Part shown: one piece after another, positions 40,136 to 56,070 of the stretch
Position numbering within the stretch: the first letter of the stretch is position 1
How the letters are laid out: every line of letters starts with the position of its first letter
DNA from: the human T2T-CHM13v2.0 reference genome, Homo sapiens
Assembly (NCBI RefSeq): GCF_009914755.1
Contig: NC_060935.1
Direction: 5' to 3' (one strand)
DNA: 64,000 nt
Translations under genes and position numbers: made by a program
Notes under the pieces: model-generated
What the model was told of the DNA's origin: nothing
Seen by the model: the letters and a program-made list of their open reading frames with translations, nothing else
Databases searched by the model: none

Positions 40136-40672
40136 TGTAATGGTTATTATAGTCAACTTGATTGGATGGAAGGATGCAAGGTATAGTTCCTGGGTATGTC
40201 TATGAGGGTGTTGCCAAAGGAGATTAACAGTTGAGTCAGTGAACTGGGAGAGGCAGATCCTCAATCTGGGTGGGCACCATCTAGTTAGCTGCTAGTAGCG
40301 GCTAGGACGAAAGCAGGCAGAGGAACGTGGAGGGACTAGAATGGCTGAGTCTTCTGGCCTCCATCTTTCTCCAGTGCTGGATGCTTCCTGCCCTCGAACA
40401 TCAGACTCCAAGTCCTTCAGCTTTTGGACCCTTGGACCTGTACCAGTGGTTTGCCAGGGACTCTCGGGCCTTCAGCCACAGACTGAAGGTTGCACTGACA
40501 GCTTCCCTACTTTTGAGGTTTTGGGACTGGCTTCCTTGCTCCTCAGCTTGGAGATGGCCTGTTGTGGGACTTAACCTTGTGATCATGTGAGTCAATACTC
40601 CTTAATAAACTCCCATTCATATATACATCCATCCTATTAGTCTTGTCCCTCTAAAGAACCTTGACTAATACA
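40136..40672 (+). mobile_element. MLT2A-type 3' LTR of HERV-L
   Basis: TGTAATGGTTA...AATAAA...gaaccttgactaataCA immediately after the PPT. Confidence 0.9.
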
Positions 40673-41228
40673 GAAAGCATACATTATCTGGCTCCCTGCT
40701 ACCTCTTTGACATTATCTTCTATCAATCCTTCCCTCCCTTACTCTGCCCCAACTGTACTGGCCTTCTTGCTGTTATTCACACACACCATGCAAGTTTCCA
40801 CTTGTGAAACTTTACAAAAATCTTGGAAAATCTTCCCCTGGTTTGCCAGTGAATTGAATCCTTACCTCCTTCTGGCCCGCGTGAAAATATTAGCATGTCA
40901 ATAAAGCCTTCCCTGGCCACCCTAACTACAATTGCACCTTCTTTTTCTAATTTCTATCCCCCATTCCATTTATTTTTTTTTCTCAGAGTTATCATCATGA
41001 TCCGATATATTAGTCATTTTACCTAAGTATCTTGTGTATTTATCTGTCCTTCTACCCCTATTAAATATTAACTCCATGGGGGCAGAGATTGTGGTCTGTT
41101 TTGTTCATGGCTGTATTCCTTTTGCTTTGAATAGAGCCTCAATAAATATTTGTTGAAAAATTAAAAACCTTCATACTTTTATATTTTCTCTTCTTTTGGG
41201 ATGTTTTGAATGTTTGTTCAAAAATTTC

Positions 41229-41512
41229 TTTTTTTTTTTTATTGAGACAGAGTCTCTGTCACCCAGGCTGGAGTGGAGTGGCACGCTTTTGTCTCACTGC
41301 AACCTCCGCCTCCCGAGTTCAAGCAATTCTCCCGTGTCAGCCTCCCGAGGAGCTGAGACTACAGGCACATGCCACCTAATTCTTGTATTTTTAGTAGAGA
41401 CAGGGTTTCACCATATTGGTCAGGCTGGTCTCGAACTCCTGACCTCAGGTGATCCACCCACCTCGACCTCCCAAAGTGCTGAGATTACAGTGGTGATCCA
41501 CCGCGCCCATCC
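41229..41512 (-). mobile_element. AluS (Sx/Sz-like)
   Basis: Poly-T head, antisense dimer. Confidence 0.9.
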
Positions 41513-43421
41513 TCCTTAACAATTTCTTATTCTTCCTTCTGTAGTAAAGCATTCTACCACAGAGATCTTTGTTTCTTATGAAAGCAGCTTGCAGCTGCTT
41601 TTAGTAAAATAATAGTACTCACTAACATTTATATTGTGCTTACTTACTTTGATCTAAATGCTTTATCTGTTTTAATTATAGGTAGTATAGCAACCCCATG
41701 AAGTGGGGCTATTACAATGTCTATTTTACAAATGAGTTGACACAGAAAGTTTAAAATTATTCAGATAGTAAGTGGTAGAGCCAGGATATCTCAAATGCAA
41801 GGAATCTGGCTCTAAAGTCTTCACTTTGAACCACAGTGCTATACTGCTTAGAGATAGAAGTTCATTGTTAAGTAGGTCTTAAGGACCCCTCCCTTCTGTG
41901 GACGAGGTATATAGACATTTTCTTTTGATTTATGGAAGCCAGCGCCTCTTAGCATTGGAATCAGAGTGTTCTTGAAAAGGGTTGGATAAATAAGAAGCAT
42001 GTGGACATTCCAGGAAGAAGAAACTGAGTTGGGATTTGGTTTTCTGGTGGACTAGGATGTTCCTTACCAAAGCTCAGTGACAGAGAAAGGTGACAATTTT
42101 TATTGCAATTGTGAAAGTCAGGACTGGAAGTAGTTTTGAGTTGTGGGAAGGAGCAAAGAGTTGGATTCTGTTACCATGATGCAGCAAATCCTGCAACTAG
42201 TTCTGACCCAGCCACTTTGCTCTCCAGGAAGCAACTGGACAGGTGAACTGAAAAAACAGCTCAGAAAAGTCTCAAACACTTTGGGCCCATTAGGGTGGGA
42301 AGTCATTTGAATCAAACACTATACCTTCCTCAAATAGCCTTTAGAGCCAGCTTCCTCCACAGAAGTGCTGCCGTCCACACTCCCTTCTTCAGGTCTTGCC
42401 TTTGCTCCTGAAAGGCTTTGCCTCACAGCTGGCTACCCAGTCACCATCCTCTGAAATGACAGGCCCTCTGCAACCTGAGCAACCTCACCACTCTGGGCCA
42501 GTTCTGTGTTCTGTGTTCTGTGAATATAAATAGGTGAAAGGATGAGAGAGCACTGATCTTCAAGGACCGTTTGCATTTGGTTATACTACTAATGATGCTT
42601 TCTACTGTTTTATAAATTCAAGTTAATTGATTTAACATATACAAATTAGATGCCTACTTTGTATAAAGTAGGTCTCTTCTCAGAGCATAATGCTGGGGAG
42701 TGGGTTCTTCCACCCTCAAAGGGTCTTTACAACTGTGATAAGATGCTGCCTTATTCCCTGGAGTAACCACCGAAACCCCATGCTTCCAACACTGCCTGCC
42801 AAAGTCAGTTTTAAAGGTTCAGTTGCCATGAATTAGTTAGCAAACTGGGTTAGGGCAAAACTGGTACCTACTCCCCCTTTGATGTGTAAAAGAGGAGAAA
42901 ATGAGAGTTGTGAAGTTAGTCTGAATTTCTTATACCTGATAGATGGTAACTCCAAGCATGACACTGCCAGGGACCCATTAATTGCATTTTAATGTTCAAA
43001 ACAGGTGGTCAGGTAATACTTCAAAACCCATCACAAATGTTATCGTGTTGACTTCTTCATGTTGTATTTTGAACTACTATTTCAACATTTCCTTGCCTGG
43101 ATCAAAATATGTATGTTTGTATTTATTGATTGATCACTCTGTCTCTCCCCACTAAACCATAAATTCCTCAAGGGCAGAAACCCTTTCTTGTTATCTACAT
43201 AGCCTTAGACCTGGCTGTGCCTTACACGATGGGACTCTAAATAAATGCTTGATAATTGAGTGGATGAATGAACAAATACATGAATGGATATGTAATAATT
43301 TTTTTGTCAGATTAATGTTATTACTATCGGTTATACATTTAGTTTTAACAAAAACTTTATAAAGAAATGGTGTCTTGTATTAAAAGAGAGATTTTGTCGC
43401 AGATATTTTGGGGTAATCACT

Positions 43422-43883
43422 TTTATTTTATATTTTTTGAAACAGAGTCTCACTCTGTCACCTAGGTTGGAGTACAGTGGCATGATCTTGGCTCACTGCA
43501 ACCTCTGTCTCCTGGGTTGAAGTGATCGTCCCACCTCAGCCTCTTGAATAGCTGGGACTACCAACATGTACCACCATGCCTGGCTAATTTTTGTATTTGT
43601 TGTAGAGACAGGGTTTTGCCATGTTGCCCAGTCTGTGCTCGAACTCCTGGTCTCAAGCAATCTACTTGTCTCAGCCTCCCAAAGTGCTGAGATTACAGTC
43701 ATGAGCCACCACGCCCCAGTGATCGCTTTCTAAAAAAATAAAAAAAAATTTTTTTGTAGACACGGGGTTTCCTTTGTGGCCCAGACTGGTCTCAAACTCA
43801 TGGCCTCAAGTAATTCTTTTGCTTGGGCTTCCCACAGTGCTGGGATTACAGGCAATTATAGGCATAAAACACCATGCCCTACC
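43422..43883 (-). mobile_element. AluJ (43422-43718) plus adjacent FLAM (43749-43883)
   Basis: Diverged antisense Alu dimer with J-type ctcaagcaatc, followed by a monomer. Confidence 0.85.
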
Positions 43884-44000
43884 TAAAGAAAACCTTATAT
43901 GTTTAAAAAGATGTTTCCTTTATACAAAGTAGGCATGTAATTTGCATATGTTAAATCAATTAAGTTGAATTTATAAAACAGGAGAAAGCGTCATTAGTCG

Positions 44001-44543
44001 TGTAACCAAATGCAAGTCCAGTTGCTTTCCACTGGCAGTGTTCAATTAACAAGAGCGAGGTCTAGTAGACACAAAGTGACCTTATTCCAGAGCTAGCTGA
44101 GGCGAGGTAGTATAGGCACCTGCCTTGAGGGCACCACTTCAGCTTTCAGGGCAGAAAGCAGGGTCTTTAAAGGGGAACTTAGTGTGAATAGCATGCAGGG
44201 GAGTGAGCAAGGAGGTGCCAGGTCTACATGACTTGTTCAATGTCTTATTCATTGGGTGGTCTGGGTGGTGCGATCACAGGCAAAGGTAGGCTGTAAATTA
44301 GGACTTGTCTGGAGGCAATCTCGCAGTAGGGGAGATAGCTCTGGAAGTGCCTGGTTTGTTTAAAGACTCCTCCCTGGAACTTCTGAGTAAACACGTAGAT
44401 AAACTTGCAGTGCAGTAAGTGCCTAGTGGAGTGAAGGTAAAGGTTTTAATTGCATTCCTGAAGAGCTAAGTAAAAGGTGAACAAACAGGGAAAAGGAAAA
44501 GAGGTTGAAGATAATTTTTAGGAAAATGGGGTATTTGGTTACC
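44001..44543 (-). mobile_element. ERV1-class solo LTR (MER4-group-like; family uncertain)
   Basis: Bounded by TGTAACC ... GGTTAC inverted termini, ~540 bp. Confidence 0.55.
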
Positions 44544-44592
44544 GTAGAAAGAGTAGAGCTGATTGTAGTCCCATTTTTGCCACTGACCTTAC

Positions 44593-44698
44593 CTTGAATA
44601 AAGAAGTTAACCTCAAAAGTCCCACTGGCTCATATATACTACAGTTTCATGAATTTATAAGTGGAAGTAAACTATATATCTACTCTTCAATGAAATCA
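44593..44698 (-). ncRNA. Candidate 106-nt internal exon of a minus-strand lncRNA
   Basis: Minus strand: gtttttatttgtcttttcag| acceptor and CAAG|gtaagg donor, both near consensus. Confidence 0.5.
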
Positions 44699-44869
44699 CT
44701 GAAAAGACAAATAAAAACATGCAACCACCTCAAGGCACAGCCCATTTTTCTAAGAAGAGAAGAATTTGAGGAATGATCGCCATTAGACTTCCTTGGAAAT
44801 GGTTTATTTTGCAATTGTGGCACTAACCTCAGAAAAAAACTATTGTTTGAACATTTGACTCATTATTCA

Positions 44870-47492
<2,623 letters not shown>

Positions 47493-48234
47493 AAAAACTC
47501 ATATACTCTCTATTGTTCAAACAGATCAAATTCTACTTCATAGATAAGTTGAAAAGTTCGTGAGATCAACAATGAAATAATAACACAACTGTGGCCTGAC
47601 CTGGAGAGCTTTCAGGACCCAGAGCTAAACGAATAAAATAATATCCTGGTAAATTAGACATTAAGAGGACAATTACATCTTACTACAGTTGTGTAAATTT
47701 GCTGAAAATACCATAATAATGTAACTTTAGCTGATAGGAAATATTTTATAGCATATTTCTAACATGTACTGCATATAATTTACCCCCATAAAATCTTATA
47801 TTAATTCACCTACTGGCATTAATTACATAATTATATTAATTAATATATTCTGAAGCTAATGTTATGCTTGATCAGATTCAAGCCCATAGACCTGTGCCCT
47901 ACAGCAAATTGGATGCTACTAGTGCAGAAAGCAGAGCACAAGTGTGGTGTGCCCAGCAGGGCTTAGAGTTTTAATTAGATAAATCAGAGAAATCTGAATT
48001 ATCTGTCACTTTGAAGTGCTTTTCAAAGCAAACCTCAAAAAATGCGCCTTGCAATAATACGATTTGGGGGTCAGAAAGTCATGTATAACTGGGCTGCTAG
48101 CTTTGCATTAGAGAAGAAAAATAAAAAGCTCCAGTTCTAAGAACTGTCAGGAAACGGGGAGAAACAATCGCAGCCCTCTGCAGTACCTGGGACATTTGGC
48201 ATAAACTGATGCTTATCAATGTCTACCAGCTGTA

Positions 48235-48378
48235 GAGAAGTGGTTATCAAACTTTAGGAAACGTTTGGGAAGCTTGCAAAAAATGCAGCCACACAGTCCG
48301 CATCCTCAGAGATTCAGATTCATTCAGTGGGGCTGGCATGGGGTCAAGGAATCGGTATTTTAAACAGGCATACCCTTA
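48235..48378. mobile_element. MER5A-like hAT MITE
   Basis: agtggttatcaaacttt...cagagattcagattcattcag...ggggtcaaggaatcggtattttaaacagg. Confidence 0.65.
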
Positions 48379-48709
48379 AATGGCAAATTAAAAAAAAAAT
48401 AAGGTGCTTATTTCTCTGTAAAACAACAGTCGTTTGTGTGAACTGTTGGTTTTCCCAGAAGAGTAACAAAATCTTTGTTGTTTTCATCACCTCAGACTTT
48501 AAGGGCATTAGGTTTGTAGCCATAATGACCTGCAGGTGTATTTCAGACCTCTTGTTCTCAACAGAAAAAATCCTTCGCTTTTAAGTCATGTCTTGTTGTC
48601 TGCTCAGATAGAACTTTTAAAGGATGATTAAGAAATTTGAGCTAACTTGCCCAGCTCAACTTTCCTTCCAGTTTTCAATTTTAGTGTAGAAGCAAAGTTT
48701 ATTTATTTA

Positions 48710-49280
48710 TGTGTTTGTTTATCCACTCACCATTTATTATCTAATGTATGTGAGCTATGTTTTAATCACTGAGTATAAAGATAAATAAAATGGTCTCTGT
48801 ACTCAAGGAGTTCATAATCTCTTAATGGTGATATACATATAGGTAAATAAGTTTAATAAAGTGTTACTGATGTCATTATAAGAACATATGCACAGTATGG
48901 TTGAAAACAAAGAAGCAGGTCAACTCTCGCTGGGTGGGAATAGAGTCCTGAGGGAGCTACATGAAGGAGTTTATATTTAACCTGATCTTGAAAGTGTTAT
49001 TTGATGGGCTAATAGGAGGGAGAAGTGATTCTAGGCAAAGGGAAGCAGCAGCAAAGGCTCGGAGGTAGGAAAAAGAACATTGGCTCTCTGTGTTGGATGT
49101 GGGTGGGTTAGGCGGAAGACTTAGCTTCTAAGGTTCGTGAGTTATCTGCAAGGAGGGCTACAGTGAGATGTGAATGGTAGGTAGGGTGGTGGTCATCAAC
49201 AATTTATTAGGCTAAGGGATTTGAATTTTATTCTATACATGATGGGAAGCCATTGGGAAGATTTAAAGTAATGGATTACT
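48710..49280 (-). mobile_element. L2 3' fragment
   Basis: catttattatctaatgtatgtg...ggtctctgtactcaaggagttcataatct...gatgggaagccattgggaagattt. Confidence 0.65.
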
Positions 49281-50959
49281 CGGATGGTTAATAAAGCTAG
49301 AATTTCATGAGTCAAAAAAGGGAGATTTAGTGGAACTGTTAGTACAGATGCTTCATCCTTCTTATGTACGTGTTATCTGCAGATAAGTAGGGTAAATTTA
49401 AAAACTTGATGTTTCAAAAAGAAGATGAGCTTATTTATTGACAGTCAATCCTCTCATTGAGAGAATCACATAGAAGTGACCAAGTCACCTGTTTATCATT
49501 TTCCTCAAACATGAGATTGGATGTTTTAAAGAACAACCTTGTGGCTCCATAAAAACTTTCAGAATTATTTGCAAAGCCCATAAATCTTAATGAGGCTTGC
49601 TTCAGAGATGAGAAAAATTCGCATAAATTGTTTAAAAATAAAAAGCCATCTGCCTGCCTAAAGATTAATTCTAACCCAGACAATACATCTGGCTCAGCTT
49701 TATGTCTTCTGTACTTGAATGTAGAAAGATATTGGTAATACATTAGTGCTCAAACTTCAAGCTATTTATTTATTTAGACTTGAGCATTGAAAACTCAATA
49801 CAAACTATTAAGATCCTGTAAATGACATACAGCCAGGTGTATTGTTATTTCGTCAGACTTGTATTAAACTCATTTAGTTGGTTGATTTTTATACGACATT
49901 ATTGTAAAGCTAGACTAGCATTCGTCATCTCTATATGCAGATACTCTATGAGAAACAATTCAAAACTCCTGTTCCATATTCTTTGCTCACAATGCCAGCA
50001 TAGCTGAAACTACTTAACTTAAATTGTATAATTTAAAAAGAAATTCTGTGTGTGCAATGTGCATCCTCAGGATAAAAAGATAAAGATAAACCTGAGCAGT
50101 CTAAATGACGGCTCTCCTACTAAGTCCTGCTGCAGAGAATACATGCTGAGAACGCTCCCAGGGCTGAAGACTTGAGTCCATTTTACAGCTGGGGAAGGAA
50201 AGACTGGGGAAGTAAAAGTGGAGTTTTGGCTTCAGGGTGGTAAGATGTTTAAGAGACAAAGCTCTTATTGAATGAAATATTTATTTGTCAATGCAAAGTA
50301 GACATCCGCACGATTAGCAACCCTTTTTATGGTGGCAATGCTATCTAACACATTAATCTAAAACTTTGCTTCAATATTTGACTGATGGTTAAATGAGTAA
50401 ATAAATAACGTGAAAGGGAAGAACAAATGCAGATTGTATGCCAAGTTAAAGTTTACTAGCTTATCAACAGGTTCATTTCAAGTGAGACACTAACAATACC
50501 AGTATAGAGAGGAAGTTTGACATCTAAACTATACACTCTGAACTACAAAGATGATTGTTGGAAGTTACCTGTGCTTTTGAGTAAACATTTGAGATTTTGT
50601 TTAGAGAATTTACTTTAGAAATATGCTTTTGTCAAGCTTTCTGTGCATTCTTCCTTTTAACAAAATGTTTTGTATGTATTTGAAACAGATTATTAATAAG
50701 TTACAAGGCTTTGTGTGGAGTTTGATTTGTTGGCCGCCGGAGATGCTCCTGTGCTCCCTGCTATTCACCAGAGTTGATAGCAGAGTTGATAGCATGTGTC
50801 AACTGGTTGGCACATGTATTAAGACTCAGATGCAAGTGTTAGAAATGTAACTTTATCTAGTTTGTGCAAAAAGGAGAAAAATAAGCTCATATATATCTGG
50901 GAAGATGACAGGAACTAACATTTTAGTTCCTGTTTTTTGCCTACTATGTGTCAGGCAAG

Positions 50960-52150
50960 AGCCTATACTCTAGAATCCGACTGCCTAGGTTCCAATCCTG
51001 AATTTGTACTACTTAGCTGTATGAGTTAAGGCAAATTATTAATACTTTCCCTCATTGTGCCTCAGTTTCCTTATCTATGAAATGGATATTCTAATAGTAC
51101 ATACTTGACATTGTTGAAAGGATTTAATGAAGCAATATGTGAAAGTACTTAGAATAATGGTATTATCATTTCATTAATCTTGGCAACATCCCTGATGAGG
51201 AAAGAATCATTAGTCTCATTTTACAAAAGAAGAAACAAGCTAAGAAAAGGTAGTAAGTGATTTGCAAAGGGTCACATAGCTTGTTGGGATGCAGCTGTCT
51301 TTCCACTCTCTATGTTGGCTTCTGATCCATGAAAATTGTGTCTTGGAAAGATTAATTTGGGGATGAACTGTCAAATGAATTAGAAAGGAGGAATATACTG
51401 TGGGAGGCCATAGCAATGATCCACCTAAAAACTCACAAAGGTCTGGATTTGAATAGTAAAAGCCGGACTCCATAAGACAGAATGAATTTGAAAGATATTA
51501 CCAAGATAGAGTTGTTAGAATTTAGCAATAGATGGACTAATAACGAAAAAATGAGTTAAAGGTGCTGAGGCAGGAATGTGTAACCAGAGGCTAACTGTGT
51601 GTGGAGCATGACATTAAGGTAATGTAATGACATTAAGATATTCAGTTAGGGCTTTCTTTCAGTGAATGAATGAATAACAATTAGACTTTGAGTACAAATG
51701 TCGGGGAGCATTGTGTTATAGGGAACTTTAGAAGAGAAAGCAGGTTTGGAAAGTAGGCTGGTAAGCTTCATTTTGGATGCATTCATTTGGAGAAGTCTGA
51801 AAAATATCAGAAGGTTCCTGGCAGACATTCGAAAATATGAAGCTGGAGCTTAGGTGAGATTTTGGAGCTAGAGATAGAGATGTAGGAGTTAGCTTGGTGG
51901 ATGTGGATTTTGAAGCCATATGATGAATTAAGATTTCTGGTGGAGAAAAAAATCCAGAAGAGAGATAAGGGCAAGAAGGAGGAGGAGGAAGAAGAGCTTG
52001 AGGTGCAGGCTGCACATGAGCAGTTGGAGAGGGTGGAGGGAGCCAGACATAACCTGGAGACAAGCAGGAGTGCCCAGGGACCACCACAGAGAGCCAGGAA
52101 GCACGAGGTAGAGGGTGCACAGATGGGAAGTGAAAAGGTCATTTCCTAGA
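50960..52150. mobile_element. MIR and antisense L2 fragments
   Basis: MIR core tgtgcctcagtttccttatctatgaaatgg; L2 antisense motifs (gagatttggagctagagatagagatg). Confidence 0.6.
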
Positions 52151-52914
52151 GTCGTTTCTATATAGCAATGGGAATGGAAGCAAGATTCCACTGGGTAGAG
52201 GCATTAATAGGCTTTCCTGCTGTTGGGAACCTCTCCTTCCAACTATGCCAGATTCGAAGAGTGGCCTGGCTTTTGCCAGGTTGCGTTTGCTCAGAAAAAC
52301 ACAAAGTGCTGCTGCAGCCAAACGCACACTTTGTTTTTGTGGGGGTCTTGGCTTGAATTTTTGTTTTCTTTCACTCTAATGAACTGGTTGGGGCTTAAGC
52401 TGGCTCAAGTTGGTCCTCTGCGCCCACCCTGGCTCCTCTCAAACCCTGAAGGAAACCTTCCTCCCAGATAATCATTTTACACCTCATCTTACTGTCTGAA
52501 ATTGACCAGAGAGACAGATGAGAAGCCTAAAAGGTAGGCAGACACTTGTTGCCCATCCCTTCACCCTTGCCATCTAAGGCTCATTTTACCATTTTTGTCC
52601 TTGTCCAAATGCTATCTCCTCTCGAACAGTGAGGCAGGAAGGAAAGTTGTGGTTAGACACGTGTGAGACAAGAGGCAAAGGTAGTTTGATGATAGAGACT
52701 CAGAGTTGACCAGAGAAAGTGTTAAAGAATGTTTCCTAGGATGGGGAAAATTTTAACATATCCCTGAACTGTGTGGAAAAAAATAAAAACTAAAAGAAGG
52801 CAAATTCAGTCTGGATCATGAGCATTCTGAGTTTCCGAAAGATACCCCTGTGTGTTAAGTCCATCAGAGCTTTAAAGTGAAGGGCTGTGGTTCAGGAGAG
52901 AGGACAGGCAGTAA

Positions 52915-53218
<304 letters not shown>

Positions 53219-55808
53219 CAGGCAGTAATACTCTTTTAATTGCAAATCCCGCATTCCTTTCTCCATCATCAGTACCTGCTGACCACATCCCCATCTCCCT
53301 TTGCAGTTGCTATGACACTATTTCAGGCCCTTGTTACTCCATTGAGACTAAGAGTTATTTACTTCCCTTTCTCCCAGTTATTCTTTCTCCTTTGCCCTTT
53401 TACACACGGCTCCAAGATTAACCTTTTGGAAATTCAGCTGCAATCCCATCACTCCCCAGATCAGTGGCTGTGGAGCACACTTACAAGATTGGAAAAGCCC
53501 ACATAACTCACACACAAAAATATTCTTCTAATTTCCTGGAACTGTTTTTTCCCCCATCACCTGCTAAACATTTATATAATGATAAAGACCTGTTTTCCAT
53601 CTCCCCCCAACCAATCCTGCAATCCACAATAGTTGAAGTGGTCGGGGAGGCAGAGCAGCATTTCTTTTCTCTTTAGTTCTGGTGGAACCAATATTTTTTC
53701 TTTATACATAAAACAATTCATTGTTATACATGAGGGCATTTTACTCAGTAGAATGTTGTTGAGGTTGTACATAATGTATATTCATTTTTGTAGCAATGCA
53801 TTCATTTCTATGCATTGCAGTTCAATGGAGCAGCACCAGAAAGAAAGAAAAAAAAAAACCCACCATCCTTAAAGCCATTTTAACAAAATGTTTTAAATTA
53901 TGTTTCTTTGAGTTAATGGTTTGAAAAGAAAAATGGGGAAAGTACATACATTTTACTAGAATGAGCCATCAGAGATCTAAATAAATGAACCAAATGAGTT
54001 TGTTTGAATGCTCCCATTCACATAGGATTACACATTCAAATAAAACTGTACATTTATTTGAATATGTAATCAAGGAGTTAAACATAAGTGACACTTATTT
54101 CTAAGTGTAGCATTCCTGGTTTACACATGTGAGTACCTCAATGTGTTGTTAAAAAGCAGAAAATAGTTCTTTCTATATGCATTTTACGCAAATTTCAAAG
54201 CTATTGTTATTGTTTATCAGCTTCATTGCTCCTCAGGCACAAAGACACTTGCACATATTACCAGCAATGCTGCTGCCAAATGGAAGGCTATATTCAAGTT
54301 TCTCAAGTTGTCTGAGCCTTTGGGAAAGTCAGAGTTCATTCATTTCTTCATTTTTCATTTGACAAGTCACTATGCTAGGTGCTGAGTTACAAAGGTATTT
54401 GAATCATCTAGGCATTTTAAAGTGCTTATCTCTACTGGTTTCTGTACTATTAGTTAGGATAAATTGTCCTGGTTCATGACCCAAATGCTTTTAGGTTTCT
54501 GATCTTTTAGGCCACCCTTGGTTCTTAAGGAATAGTGAATGTACAGCATGATGCAGGCAAATGCTCATGTTAATATGATGTGGCACATGAGTACAAATGG
54601 GGACTTACAACGTAAATATTAAAAGAGTTATTAACTAAACTAACAGAGTGCTATGTAAATTACATTCTATCCTCCTACCTTGTTCCTAGCTTCACAATGG
54701 CTGAAAGACCAAGTTTGAATTTAGGAATCCTTAGTTCCTCTGGGTTCTATGCTGGAATGTGGCAGCACTGGATGTATGGCCCCTACCCGCTGGCTGAGGC
54801 CTGCGGCCTGCTCCATTCTTTGCATACCCTGGGCTCTGTCATGTATCACAAAGGGTTTTACATTCACATGGGTGGATGACATTGTCAGCACATCCAAGCT
54901 CTGTCCATCTTGTATAAATAGTTGCTCTGGACCTAGTGAAGACCAATGAAGTGAGCACACTCTGGAAGCAGTTCTGGGCTGGTTGGGAGGGAATTTTGCA
55001 GTCCCACATACCTGGAAGGTGGTCTACAACAGGGAACGTGTGAGATCTGTCCCCTTGGTCTTACCCATGGAGGAAGGCAAGAGCCTTCTTCCTATATTAC
55101 TAAGTGATCTCTAGACTGCCGGCACTTGGCTGGACAACTTGTGGATGACTTAAGAAGGACTTCCCTCCTTCTTAATTATTAAAGATGTTAATACTTAAGG
55201 TGTGTTCACACCTTTCCTACAGGTGCCTTTCTGGTCCTGCTTGGCCTTTTTAGCACAACCATAACTTAACCTGGGAGCAAGAGAAAACAGAAAATAGTAT
55301 AGAGGAAGAAGGCTCTAACCTTTCTTTCTTCTACCCAACTCTACCCCAATGGTGGTGACACAGATCTAGCATGAATGAATAATGTCTGGAGGAAGGCTTT
55401 GTGTTGGCTTGAGTCAGTCAGTGTGTTTGTGGTCCTCAGCAATTACCGTGCAGTAGGACACAGCTCTTTCAGGACCCAGGGGTCTTGATGACTGCTGCCT
55501 AATCTGTTCTGTTATTTCTGAACAAAATGTGGAAAAGGAAGGTGGAAGGGTGGAGGGGAAGCAACAGATGGAAACATGTTGCTAGAGAATTACAGCTACT
55601 GAGAGATTTTCAGGATTAAAAAAGAAGTAGTTTAATTTGAATATTGTTTAAAAATAATCTGAGTTGTCAAGAAAGAAAACACAGTTGACTAAACATTGAT
55701 ATTGAATATCTGAATGATAATAAGAAATGCATATACAGAGCTATGTAAAGCAATGCAAATATGTCAACATGACAAAAATTTGTGTGAGTAGGCGACATGA
55801 ATCAGCAA

Positions 55809-56070
55809 CATGATGATGATAATGATGATGATGATGATTATTGACATTTACTGGGTGGTTACTTTGTGCCAGACACTGTTGTAAGGGACTAGTATATAGT
55901 AACTCATTTAATCTTTATAAATCCCTTGAGGCAGACACAATTAGTGACCGAATTTTGTAGATGACAAACTGGGTGTAGAGCTGTCTAGTAATTTGGACAA
56001 GGAATACAGGTCGTAAGTGACAGAGCCAGGATCTGACTCTGGAGCCTGCACTTCTAACCTCTACACATAG
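55809..56070. mobile_element. (GAT)n microsatellite abutting a MIR
   Basis: tgatgatgataatgatgatgatgatgat then acatttactgg...tgtgccagacactg...ctcatttaatc. Confidence 0.7.

Noticed and set aside
51728-52191. Cluster of ORFs with poly-E / poly-P / poly-S
   Set aside because: Arise from a short GAG/GAA-rich patch within decayed L2; no splice context or homology
54697-54960. Possible processed pseudogene
   Set aside because: All six frames translated by eye give nothing recognisable; no poly(A) tail or TSD
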